NCBI GenBank assembly: GCA_034421295.1
Contig: DAOUKM010000019.1
Coordinates: forward strand, 257,611 to 321,610
DNA length: 64,000 nucleotides
Origin: Dehalococcoidia bacterium
GTDB lineage: Bacteria > Chloroflexota > Dehalococcoidia > Lucifugimonadales > UBA2962
Reading direction: 5' to 3'
The translations under genes were made by a program, and so were the position numbers. The notes under the pieces were generated by a model. It did not search any database. It was not told where the DNA came from and saw only the letters and a program-made list of their open reading frames with translations. Below are positions 45,523 through 54,302 of the stretch, piece by piece; positions within the stretch are counted from its first letter, which is position 1; every line of letters starts with the position of its first letter.

Positions 45523-46437
45523 TTGACAGATGTCCAGACCGTAACGGGACCGGTTCCCGCAGAATCGCTGGGGACAACGCTTCCACACGAGCACGTGGTT
45601 ATCGACCACATGCTCGACAACTGGATGCCTGGCAACCTGCTCAGCGACCCGGTCCTTGCCGAGCTGGAGCTGAGAGCGGCGCGCGAGGCAGGCGTGTCGA
45701 CCGTGGTTGATCAGACCGGACGCGGCGTCCACCGCGACCCTGCGTTGCTCAGGGATCTGTCCGAAAGCGCTGACGTGAACATCGTCACCGGCACGGGCTG
45801 GTTCAAAGAACGCTTTTACGATCTCGACTTTGCAAAGATGAAAGCCGATGCGCTCGCGGCGATCATGGTGGCCGATCTGACCGAAGGGATAGCAGATACA
45901 GGGGTGCGCGCGGGACTCATAGGTGAGATCAACGTCCACGCCCGCTGGGTGACCCCGGGCGAGGAGCGCATGCATCGCGCCGCGGCCCGGGCTCAGAAGG
46001 TCACCGGCGTGGCACTCGCCGTAGCAGGCACGCACACCTCAACCGTCATGGACCAGCTCGACATACTGGAGGAGGAGGGCGTAGACCTGCGGAGGGTCAT
46101 TGTCGACCACGTAAACGGCATCGCCGATCACCAGTTACACTCGGCGATAGCAGCCCGGGGTCCGTTCACGTGCTTTAGCTCGTTTGCCACCGACAGCGCC
46201 GAGCAGCTCGACAGGGATGCACTTCTCATCAAGGCGATGATGAGGGCTGGCCTTGCCGACCACGTGCTGGTTTCAACCGGGGTATCCACCCGTCGCCATC
46301 TGATCGCCTACGGTGGCGCTGGCTACGCATTTGCGTCCACCGGGATACGGCAGCGGACGAGGTCGGTCGGTCTATCGCAGGAGGAGTGGAACCAGATCAT
46401 GGTGAGAAACCCCCGCCGGGCGCTGGCCGGAGAGTAG
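45523..46437 (+). CDS. Phosphotriesterase-homology protein (Php/PTER family), paralog 4, divergent (last metal ligand missing)
   Basis: TTG start; LGTTLPHEHVV, GLIGEINV, AGTHTS, IVDHVN are present, but the SHD position reads STG (HVLVSTGVS). Confidence 0.8.
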   Translation: MTDVQTVTGPVPAESLGTTLPHEHVVIDHMLDNWMPGNLLSDPVLAELELRAAREAGVSTVVDQTGRGVHRDPALLRDLSESADVNIVTGTGWFKERFYDLDFAKMKADALAAIMVADLTEGIADTGVRAGLIGEINVHARWVTPGEERMHRAAARAQKVTGVALAVAGTHTSTVMDQLDILEEEGVDLRRVIVDHVNGIADHQLHSAIAARGPFTCFSSFATDSAEQLDRDALLIKAMMRAGLADHVLVSTGVSTRRHLIAYGGAGYAFASTGIRQRTRSVGLSQEEWNQIMVRNPRRALAGE

Positions 46438-46441
46438 TTAA

Positions 46442-47365
46442 GTGGTGCTTTCCGAGGTCATGACCGTGACCGGCCCCGTCACGCCGGACGATCTGGGGTT
46501 CACTCTAATCCATGAGCACATCTTCCTGTCGCTCCTGATGGACCATCTGGACACCGATCGGGTGCTCGACGATCCGGGCGCCGCGAGGACCGAACTGCAG
46601 CGGTACAAGGATGCCGGCGGTGTCACGCTCGTAGATCAGACCAACAGGGGACTGGAGCAACAGCCGGAGGCGGTTCGGCAAATGGCCCTTGAGACCGGTC
46701 TATTGGTCGTTCTCGGTTGCGGGTGGTACCGTGAGCCCTTCTACGAACAGCGCCTGTACAGGGAGTCGGCCAGTCAGATCGCCGACGAGATGATCCGGGA
46801 TATGCGGGAAGGGATCGACGGGAGCTGCGTCCGAGCCGGGTTAATTGGTGAGCTCGGCGCACACGAGACCTGGATATCGCCGGTTGAGGAACGCGTGCTT
46901 CGGGCCGGAGCCCGCGCTCATCTCCAAACGGACGTCACCATCGCCACACATGGCCTCTTCGCGCCGGTGGGACTGGACCAGCTGGATATCCTCGAGGAGG
47001 AGGGAGTCGACCCGAGAAGGGTGATCGTGGGCCATGCCCACGACTACCCCGAGCACGAATACCATGCGGAGATCGCCCGCAGGGGTGCGTTCGTGTCGTT
47101 CGACGGTATGTCCGATCGAAACCGCTTTTTGCTTGAACGCGACTTGAGGAACATCAAGAAGATCGTCGATGCGGGTTACATAAATCAGCTCCTGCTGGCT
47201 CACGACGTGTGCCTGAGGTCCGCCTACGTGTCGGCCGGGGGGGAGGGGTACCAGTTCATCTCCACGGGTCTGTATCCGTACCTGAGGGAAATCGGCATCA
47301 CGGAAGAGCAGTTTCAGAACATCATGGTGGACAATCCCCGCCGGGCTCTTACCGGCGAGGGCTGA
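46442..47365 (+). CDS. Phosphotriesterase-homology protein (Php/PTER family), paralog 5
   Basis: LGFTLIHEHIF, GLIGELGA, IATHGL, IVGHAH, LLAHDVC; over half identical to paralog 3 by eye; alternative ATG start at 46460. Confidence 0.85.
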   Translation: MVLSEVMTVTGPVTPDDLGFTLIHEHIFLSLLMDHLDTDRVLDDPGAARTELQRYKDAGGVTLVDQTNRGLEQQPEAVRQMALETGLLVVLGCGWYREPFYEQRLYRESASQIADEMIRDMREGIDGSCVRAGLIGELGAHETWISPVEERVLRAGARAHLQTDVTIATHGLFAPVGLDQLDILEEEGVDPRRVIVGHAHDYPEHEYHAEIARRGAFVSFDGMSDRNRFLLERDLRNIKKIVDAGYINQLLLAHDVCLRSAYVSAGGEGYQFISTGLYPYLREIGITEEQFQNIMVDNPRRALTGEG

Positions 47366-47382
47366 TCCACAGCCCTTCAGAC

Positions 47383-48675
47383 TTGCTCCACAGCGTCATA
47401 TTCATCGCGGCGCTCCTCGTGACCATGGCCGCCGCCGCATGCAGCTCCCAGCCCGGCTCCAGCGCAGAGGCTACTGCGACGGCGGCATGGAGATTCACGA
47501 TTGTGCCGGCCGCCACGCCCACGCCCGCGCCAACTCCGAATCTCGAGCCGGTCGCCACCGTCGAGCAGTCACAGGTCAAACTGGGTCCGGGCTTCGAACT
47601 GGCCGGCCGGCTCTCTCAGGGTCGTTGGGGCCTTACGGCTACTCTCCTTACGGGAGGCGAGGTGGTGATAGTAGGAGGACAGGAGCGCATTAGCTTCAGG
47701 CGCACCTCGCCCATGGAGGCCGAAGTTCTGTCCACCGGCGGCTCGGAGTGGGTCAAGACTGAACCCCTGGCATTTCAGCGTAGTTTTCACACCGCCACGC
47801 TCCTAGATGATGGCAGGCTGCTGGTGGCGGGCGGCAGCGGCCGCGAGATCGTGGACGATGACCGACCCTTCTGGAGCCGGAAGGATCTCGCAACGGTAGA
47901 GATCTATGATCCCGAGACCGGCGATTGGTCGAACGCCTCGTCCATGCGCACAGCCAGGCAGGGTGCACGCGCCGCCCTGCTGGGGGACGGTATGGTCCTG
48001 GTGGTCGGGGGAACGTCCGGCTTTAGCGTCATTAGCGATGCCGAGCTGTACGACTACTCGACAGACAGGTGGGGGAGAGCGGCCTCGATGTCCGTACCCA
48101 GACGGTTCCACACGGCGACGCTGCTATCCAGCGGACGGGTGCTGGTGGTAGGAGGGGAAACGCAGGAAGCGGCCCTATCTTCGGCCGAGATATACGATCC
48201 GGAGACCGACTCGTGGACCGCCACATCCGATATGACCAGGCCCAGGTCCGGGCACGCGGCCACGCTGCTCGATGACGGCAGGATCATGGTTGTGGGGGGA
48301 TCTGACCTGGGGGTCTCCGAAGCGCTCGGCCCCGAGACCACCGCCGAGGTGTACGACCCGGTCGCTGGTTCCTGGACTGTAGTTGCGACAGGTCTTCAGC
48401 CGCGGCGGGGCCACGAGGTGGTAACGATCCCCGACGGCCGCGTGCTGGTCATCGGCGGCGAGGATCTGGTGGGTCTGCCGGTGACGGTGATGGAGATCTA
48501 CGATCCCTTCTCCGGCCAATGGGGATTCGCTGGGTCGCTGCCCGACGAGCGCAGTCAGCTGGCGGTGGTAGTGATGCCCGACGACAGCGTGCTGATCGTC
48601 GGCGGTGGGACCGCCATAGGCTTTGGAAGCTTCCCGGACTACGCCCTGCGCTTCAGAGTCCCCGAAGAGCGCTAG
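47383..48675 (+). CDS. Kelch-repeat beta-propeller lipoprotein, paralog 1
   Basis: Track ORF 47209..48675 overlaps the PTER gene. TTG 47383 gives signal peptide (M)LHSVIFIAALLVTMAAAAC; start uncertain. About 7 blades with recurring H.ATLL.DGRVLVVGG....L.SAEIYDP.T..W. Confidence 0.7.
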   Translation: MLHSVIFIAALLVTMAAAACSSQPGSSAEATATAAWRFTIVPAATPTPAPTPNLEPVATVEQSQVKLGPGFELAGRLSQGRWGLTATLLTGGEVVIVGGQERISFRRTSPMEAEVLSTGGSEWVKTEPLAFQRSFHTATLLDDGRLLVAGGSGREIVDDDRPFWSRKDLATVEIYDPETGDWSNASSMRTARQGARAALLGDGMVLVVGGTSGFSVISDAELYDYSTDRWGRAASMSVPRRFHTATLLSSGRVLVVGGETQEAALSSAEIYDPETDSWTATSDMTRPRSGHAATLLDDGRIMVVGGSDLGVSEALGPETTAEVYDPVAGSWTVVATGLQPRRGHEVVTIPDGRVLVIGGEDLVGLPVTVMEIYDPFSGQWGFAGSLPDERSQLAVVVMPDDSVLIVGGGTAIGFGSFPDYALRFRVPEER

Positions 48676-48723
48676 CATCCGGGACTTGGGCAGGTGTCCC
48701 GCGGAGCCGGTCGCCTTCTCATT

Positions 48724-49134
48724 TCAAACGATTCTGAAATCGCGCTCCAGGATGTTGCCGTCGGGAGAGATCCTGTACAGACGGACTTCTGGCTCCTGCT
48801 CGTCCTGCAGGGAGACGAGCAGGTAGTAGGGATCCAGCCACCCGCTCTCCAGGGCCATGCGAACGTCTGTGGAGGACGGGTAGGGGCTGCTGTGGGTGTG
48901 GGAATGGTAAAAGACGATCAGGTTCAGCCCCTGCATTTCGGCGTCCCTGTCCGCGTTCAGGAACTCCTGCGGATCCATGAGGTAGCGAAACGGGCTCTTG
49001 GCCGTGTTCGTAATTCGATACCCCCGAACGGCGGTGGAGTCTACGCCGGCGATTACGCCGCAGCACTCGTTCGGGTTCTCCGCCAATGCGTGGGTGATCA
49101 GGTCGTCGATCACCGCGCGTGGAAATTTAAGCAC
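48724..49134 (-). CDS. JAMM/MPN+ metallopeptidase (Mov34/Mec-like)
   Basis: 136 aa; complete JAMM signature: NECCG Glu, then HSHTHSSPYPSSTD (HxH-x7-S-x2-D). Confidence 0.8.
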   Translation of the reverse strand: MLKFPRAVIDDLITHALAENPNECCGVIAGVDSTAVRGYRITNTAKSPFRYLMDPQEFLNADRDAEMQGLNLIVFYHSHTHSSPYPSSTDVRMALESGWLDPYYLLVSLQDEQEPEVRLYRISPDGNILERDFRIV

Positions 49135-49182
49135 GCGGCTACCGGTGCCTGAAAATACCGGGCGACTGCCTCAAGAACGGGG

Positions 49183-49926
49183 CTACGTACGTATCGGCGG
49201 GCCGGCGCTCAGGTCGCCTGAGGCCAGACCTTCTGCCGCCCTGATCACCATGCCGGCGGCGTATTCTAGACCGACTGCGCTGGTGTTGATGTAGAAGTGG
49301 AATTGTCGGACGTCCTCGGGATTGTCTAGCTGGAAAAAGCGCTTGAAATGATACTCTCTTGCGCGGTCCCGGTCGGTGATGACCGCGATAGCCTCGTCCC
49401 TGCCGATGCTGTCGCGCTCCTTTATGCGGGCGACCCGGTCCTCGTACTCGGCCGCCACCCCTATCCGAAGAACCCTCGGGTCATCCTTGAGGATGTACGA
49501 TCCGGTCCGCCCGACGATGACCACGTTGTCGGAGGATGCCAGGTCATTGAATACGCTCCGAAGGCCCTCCAGATAGGCCTCATCTTCGACCTCGTGGCCC
49601 TTGGTTATCGTCGGCTGAGGGAGGTCTTCGTATTCCTGGGTCAGAAATGCGACGGCACCGGGGCCGAAGTAGGGGTCCCCCCCTGCGCCGCTTACGGCCG
49701 ATCTCTCCAGTATGCGCTGAATCAACCTTGAGAAGCGCTCGCCCCTGGTGGGGGGACGCTCCTCGCGCTCGAGCAGGGCCTCCACCGTGGCGCCGACCTC
49801 TTTGGCCGCTCCGGTCAGGATGAGGCGGTCCACGTAGTCGGCCCCCAGCCTTTCGGCCACCATCTGGCCCAGCTGTCTTCCGCCGCATCCTGTAAGCCCG
49901 CCCATCGTTATTACGGCCATGGCCAC
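49183..49926 (-). CDS. Cytidylate-kinase-like family P-loop protein (PF13189-like)
   Basis: 247 aa; N-terminal ITMGGLTGCGGRQLGQMVAERLG P-loop variant and overall pattern of the cytidylate kinase-like family. Confidence 0.6.
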   Translation of the reverse strand: MAMAVITMGGLTGCGGRQLGQMVAERLGADYVDRLILTGAAKEVGATVEALLEREERPPTRGERFSRLIQRILERSAVSGAGGDPYFGPGAVAFLTQEYEDLPQPTITKGHEVEDEAYLEGLRSVFNDLASSDNVVIVGRTGSYILKDDPRVLRIGVAAEYEDRVARIKERDSIGRDEAIAVITDRDRAREYHFKRFFQLDNPEDVRQFHFYINTSAVGLEYAAGMVIRAAEGLASGDLSAGPPIRT

Positions 49927-50065
49927 ATCCTCGCGCCTAACCGCCGGACCGAATCAGTCAGCATCCAATGCCGTAACGGACCCGCGGATGAAGGGTTATC
50001 AAGGGGTGCTAAATGGTGACAGCGGCCTTTGTTCAATGTCAACCTCGTACCGGTGCCAGGCCCTG

Positions 50066-50584
50066 TCAGACGGCGACCATGTTGTGGACCGGCCACCTCG
50101 AGAGTCGCTGACGGCCTCCCAGCGACTCCAGTTCCACGAGAACGCCCAGTTCAGCCACATCACTGCCCGCGCTCTCCACAAGCTCGGCGGTGGCAGCCAG
50201 GGTCCCGCCGGTCGCAAGCAGATCGTCTATTACGGCCACCCTGCGGCCCTCCGGGATGGCGTCGATGTGCATCTCCATCACGTTGCGACCGTACTCGAGT
50301 TCGTAGGCCACCGAACGGGTGCCAAACGGCAATTTGCCCTGCTTTCGCACGGGAATAAGTGGCAGGGCGAGACGATAGGCGACAGGAGCCGCGAGCAGAA
50401 AGCCGCGGGCGTCGATGCCTACCACCGCATCCACGGCGGCGCATCTGTAGCGCTCGACGAAGTGATCCACAACCAGCGAGAAAGCGTCGGGACAGGAGAG
50501 AACCGGTGTGATGTCCCGAAACAGTATGCCGGGCTCGGGAAAGTCCGGGATCTCCCGTATCAGGGCTTTGATGTCCATGGCCAT
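50066..50584 (-). CDS. apt: Adenine phosphoribosyltransferase
   Basis: Track ORF 50066..50671; ATG 50584 opens MAMDIKALIREIPDFPEPGILFRDITPVL. PRPP motif VAVIDDLLATGGT. Confidence 0.9.
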   Translation of the reverse strand: MAMDIKALIREIPDFPEPGILFRDITPVLSCPDAFSLVVDHFVERYRCAAVDAVVGIDARGFLLAAPVAYRLALPLIPVRKQGKLPFGTRSVAYELEYGRNVMEMHIDAIPEGRRVAVIDDLLATGGTLAATAELVESAGSDVAELGVLVELESLGGRQRLSRWPVHNMVAV

Positions 50585-50661
50585 AGATGGTATATCAGCC
50601 AGACGATGGGTCGCCGCAGGTCGTGGCTTACCCCAGCTGCCAGTACCTATTAGGGGGAGAC

Positions 50662-50997
50662 ATGTTTGCAATATTCGTAACGATCGACATAAGGGAAGGG
50701 TTCAGGGATCGATTCGTCCAGGAAAGCTACGGTGACGCGCGAGGCTCTGTGGGGGATGAGCCCGGGTGCTTTCGATTCGACATCTCGCAGGATCCGGACA
50801 ATCCCGACCGCTTCTATCTTTACGAGGTATACGCCGACGAAGCGGCCTTTCAGGCGCACCAGACCTATCCGCACTACCTTGCCTGGAGGTCCGCCGTGGA
50901 GGATTGGTTCGATGGCGATCCCCAGCTCGTACGCATGGAAACCCTGTTCCCGTCGGATGATGGCTGGCGCGCCCAGAAACCACATCTTCTGGACTGA
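50662..50997 (+). CDS. ABM-fold (antibiotic biosynthesis monooxygenase-like) protein
   Basis: Track ORF 50587..50997; ATG 50662 follows GGGGGAGA. MFAIFVTIDI...F.LYEVYADEAAFQAHQ.TPHY typical ABM pattern. Confidence 0.7.
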   Translation: MFAIFVTIDIREGFRDRFVQESYGDARGSVGDEPGCFRFDISQDPDNPDRFYLYEVYADEAAFQAHQTYPHYLAWRSAVEDWFDGDPQLVRMETLFPSDDGWRAQKPHLLD

Positions 50998-51156
50998 TTG
51001 CCCGCCAGAACGGGCCGTCTCCCCCGCCGGGCGGCGGCCGAGATGAAGGGCCAGGGCCGGATCCTGCGGAGCCGGGCCGCTAGAGGGCCACTATCCGCTG
51101 GCTGCGGTCAGCCGAGAAGGGCGCTTGGGACGAGGAAACCCGCCGGATCCCCGGCC

Positions 51157-52812
51157 CTATTCCATGCGAGAGCCGCCCCAGGCCGGTGACGCGCCGGCGG
51201 CGGTCGGCTCGACTATGACGTCTACCACGGCGGGGCGCCCCGAAGAGAATGCACGTTCCAGGGCAGGGGTTATCTCATCTGGGTCCTCGATCCTCTCCCC
51301 GTGACAGCCAAGGGACTTGGCCATCTCGTGGAATGCGGTAAAGCCAAGCTCGCGGCCCGGCTTGCGTGTATACGGGGTACGTGCGGTCCAGCCCGCGTTA
51401 TTGGCAACGACGGTGACGACCGGCAGATTGAATCGCACCAGTGTGTCGAGCTCCATGGCGTTCATGCCCATTGAACCGTCCCCGTGCAGCACCAGGACCT
51501 GCTTATCCGGCTTGGCCAGCTTGGCACCGATCCCGTAGGGAAGGCCTACCCCCATCGTGCCGGTCACCCCGGAATTGAGGCGGTGCCCTGGTATATAGGT
51601 GCTGATGGACTGCCGTCCAAAGTGGAGTATCTCGTTTCCGTCCACAGAGACGATCGCGTCTCGGTCTAGGAAGCTGTTGATCTCGTTGCAGAGCCGGAGT
51701 GGATGTATGGGGGTCTGAGGCGAGGTGAGCAGGGACTGCATCTGGGCCGCCTTCGATTCCTGGTATTCGGACAGCCTGGCGATCCAGGGCGACTCACGCC
51801 GACCGGCAAACTCGTGACCGCGTGCCTCGGCCGCGTCGGCCAGCTGTCCCAGGGCCATCCGGGCGTCGGCGACGATTCCGAGGTCGCAGTCCCGATTGTG
51901 GCCGACCTCTGAGGCGTCGATGTCGATCTGGATGATCTTTGCGTCCCGGGCAAAGCGGCCCCCGTACTGCATCATCCAGTTGAGCCGGGTGCCCACAACG
52001 AACACCAGGTCCGCCTCTCGCATCGCTGTGCTGCGTGCCGCAGGGAACGAGACGGGATGGTCCTCGGGCGCCAGGCCCCGGGACATCGGAGCGGTGTAGA
52101 ACGGGGTACTGGTCAGGTCGACGAACCGCTCGAACTCCGATGCGCCTTCCGAGAAAAAGACTCCGCCACCGGCAAAGATGATGGGCCGCTCGGCCTCGGC
52201 CAGCATCGCGGCGGCGCGGTCGATGGCGGCGGGGTCGGCTGCCGGCCTGGACTTCGTGCGCGATCTGCTAGGTCTGATCGCACTGCCCTCCTCGATCTCC
52301 TCGTATAGCACGTCGGCTCCGCAATCCACGTACACGGGGCCCGGCCTGCCGGAGGAGGCCTGCCGGAAGGCGGTGCTCACTATCTCCGGGTAGCGTTCCG
52401 CCCGGGTGGGCTGGTGGACGTACTTGCACAGGGGCTCGAAGATTCCGACCTGGTCGACCTCTTGGAAGGCCTCGCGACCTATCTCGTGGACCGGGCCCGC
52501 GCCACCAAGAATCACCATCGGGGCGCAGTCGATCGAGGCCGTGTAGGCTCCGGTGAGCAGGTTGAGCGTTCCCGGCCCGGAAGCCGCAGTGCATACCCCC
52601 GGCCTGCCGGTCACACGGGCGTAGGCATGCGCCGCAAAGGCGGCGGCCTGCTCGTGGCGAAAGTCAACGGTCTTGATGCCGAGATCCTGCGCCGCCATCA
52701 CGATATCGAAGTTTGGACCGCCCATCAGGTAGAAGAGGACCGATACGCCCTCTTCCTTCAGGGTCCGGGCCACCAGGTAGCTTCCGGTTACCGTGCCCAT
52801 GGACTCCTCCAA
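51157..52812 (-). CDS. Thiamine-pyrophosphate enzyme of the acetolactate synthase / oxalyl-CoA decarboxylase / 2-hydroxyacyl-CoA lyase group
   Basis: 551 aa; three-domain layout, TPP motif LHGDGSMGMNAMELDT...NN; alternative start at 52800. Confidence 0.85.
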   Translation of the reverse strand: MEESMGTVTGSYLVARTLKEEGVSVLFYLMGGPNFDIVMAAQDLGIKTVDFRHEQAAAFAAHAYARVTGRPGVCTAASGPGTLNLLTGAYTASIDCAPMVILGGAGPVHEIGREAFQEVDQVGIFEPLCKYVHQPTRAERYPEIVSTAFRQASSGRPGPVYVDCGADVLYEEIEEGSAIRPSRSRTKSRPAADPAAIDRAAAMLAEAERPIIFAGGGVFFSEGASEFERFVDLTSTPFYTAPMSRGLAPEDHPVSFPAARSTAMREADLVFVVGTRLNWMMQYGGRFARDAKIIQIDIDASEVGHNRDCDLGIVADARMALGQLADAAEARGHEFAGRRESPWIARLSEYQESKAAQMQSLLTSPQTPIHPLRLCNEINSFLDRDAIVSVDGNEILHFGRQSISTYIPGHRLNSGVTGTMGVGLPYGIGAKLAKPDKQVLVLHGDGSMGMNAMELDTLVRFNLPVVTVVANNAGWTARTPYTRKPGRELGFTAFHEMAKSLGCHGERIEDPDEITPALERAFSSGRPAVVDVIVEPTAAGASPAWGGSRME

Positions 52813-52982
52813 GTCGCCAAAGTGGAGGCCAGATTAACACAGAGGCCCTCAAGGGCCGTACCGTGCGGAGCGCGGGCAAAGTCCTGCTTACATGCGTTAG
52901 ACTTACCGCCCCACACCCGCTACAGAACGTCAATCAGGACCGCTCGTCCGCCCACTTGGTCGGACCCTTCCGGGAGGTGTTT

Positions 52983-54173
52983 ATGCGCAGGCTGGCTGCA
53001 CTGATCTTGATTATGGCTTTCGTCCTGGCCGCCCTGGCCTGTAGCAGCAGTCCCGCGGCTCCATCTTCCCAGGAGGCCGGCGAGGTTGTCACCGACGCCG
53101 GAGGGGAGGTTGAGACGGCCGGTGTGACCACCCCGGCCGGACCGGGCAGGTTCGTCGCAACGGACAAGATGGTGGACGCGCGTGGCTACCACGCCGCCGT
53201 CAAGCTTGCGGACGGCAGGGTAATGGCCATCGCCGGCAAGAGCCGGGGCGGGGCCTCGGCCTGGAAGCCGTCGTCGATCGAGGCCACCGCGATCTACGAT
53301 CCCTCCACTGGGAAGTGGACGGACTCGGCGCTGCTTTCCACCGTTCGCGAGCACCCGACCGGCCACCTGCTTCAGGACGGGCGGATCATAGTCATAGGGG
53401 GCTCAGCTGTTCGCCAGGAGCCGCTCGCCTCGGTTGAGGTCTACGACGTTGCGGCCGACAGCTGGACGGAGGTGGCCCCAATGTCCGCCCAACGCTGGCG
53501 ACACGCCTCGGTGGTTCTCGACGACGGCAGGGTGCTGGTGGTAGGTGGCGAAGAGCAGGATCTCGTGCTGGTGGCCGAGGCCGAGATCTGGGACCCGGTA
53601 AGCGACGCCTGGACGGAAGCCGGTTCCCTGACGGATGCGCGGGCCCTTCATACAGCCACGCTCCTGGCGGATGGAAGGGTGCTCGTAGTCGGCGGGGGCA
53701 AGCGCGAGTCTCCATACCTGAAGACCACTGAGATCTTCGACCCGCAGACGGGTGAGTGGACCCAGGCGGCGCCGACGCAGGTTGCTCATTCGGCACACAC
53801 GGCAACGCTCCTGTCAGACGGCCGTGTGCTGGTGACCGGTGGCAAGGGCAAGGTGACCCTGACCGAGCTGTACGATCCCGAAGCCGATGCATGGACCAGC
53901 GCGGGCGAGCTGTCGGAGTGGCGGGCTGAGCATGCCGCGGTGCTGCTCTCAGACGGGCGCGTGCTAGTGACCGGTGGTATCGGCAAGGTCGCGACAACGG
54001 ATATCTTCGATCCGCAGACGGACGAGTGGTCCGAAGGCGCGAACATGGTCGAGACCCGCTACGCACACAGCATGACCCGGCTCGACGACGGGCGGGTCCT
54101 GGTGATCGGTGGGAATTCAACCGACGGCGACCAGAGGGGCGTAACCACGGAGGTCGAACTGTGGGAGCCGTAG
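52983..54173 (+). CDS. Kelch-repeat beta-propeller lipoprotein, paralog 2
   Basis: Track ORF 52713..54173 overlaps the TPP gene. ATG 52983 follows GGGAGGTG and opens MRRLAALILIMAFVLAALAC (lipobox). Seven to eight blades H.ATLL.DGRVLV.GG...T.EI.DP.T..W. Confidence 0.75.
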   Translation: MRRLAALILIMAFVLAALACSSSPAAPSSQEAGEVVTDAGGEVETAGVTTPAGPGRFVATDKMVDARGYHAAVKLADGRVMAIAGKSRGGASAWKPSSIEATAIYDPSTGKWTDSALLSTVREHPTGHLLQDGRIIVIGGSAVRQEPLASVEVYDVAADSWTEVAPMSAQRWRHASVVLDDGRVLVVGGEEQDLVLVAEAEIWDPVSDAWTEAGSLTDARALHTATLLADGRVLVVGGGKRESPYLKTTEIFDPQTGEWTQAAPTQVAHSAHTATLLSDGRVLVTGGKGKVTLTELYDPEADAWTSAGELSEWRAEHAAVLLSDGRVLVTGGIGKVATTDIFDPQTDEWSEGANMVETRYAHSMTRLDDGRVLVIGGNSTDGDQRGVTTEVELWEP

Positions 54174-54272
54174 GATGGGCCGCAGGTCTTGGATTCGCGC
54201 ACGGCTCCAGGGGTGCGTTTAGCGTAGCTTGACGTAGGCCGTCCCGCCCGAAAGACCCGCCTAAACGGTCCA

Positions 54273-54302
54273 TTGTTGCGTGTCAAAAATGTCTGTTATA
54301 CT
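54273..54302 (+). promoter_or_regulatory. Promoter candidate TTGTTG-18-TATACT upstream of the molybdoenzyme operon
   Basis: TTGTTG 54273-54278, TATACT 54297-54302; leaves a ~120-nt leader before TTG 54431. Confidence 0.35.

Larger units (their letters stand above)
44530..47365 (+). repeat. Tandem array of three paralogous Php/PTER genes
   Basis: Three collinear ~305-aa ORFs, gaps of 72 and 4 nt, all opening ..MTVTGPV / ..VQTVTGPV. Confidence 0.9.

Noticed and set aside
44164-46035. Long minus-strand ORFs (44164..45147, 327 aa; 45175..46035, 286 aa) opposite the Php/PTER genes
   Set aside because: Both have Arg/Pro/Gly/His-rich composition and no recognisable domain. The plus-strand frames carry complete family motifs, so these are shadow ORFs.
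51157-52812. Specific call as acetolactate synthase or sulfoacetaldehyde acetyltransferase
   Set aside because: Only the generic TPP three-domain architecture and the GDGS...NN motif are visible. There is no small-subunit ilvN/ilvC context or sulfonate genes adjacent, and subfamily assignment needs phylogeny.
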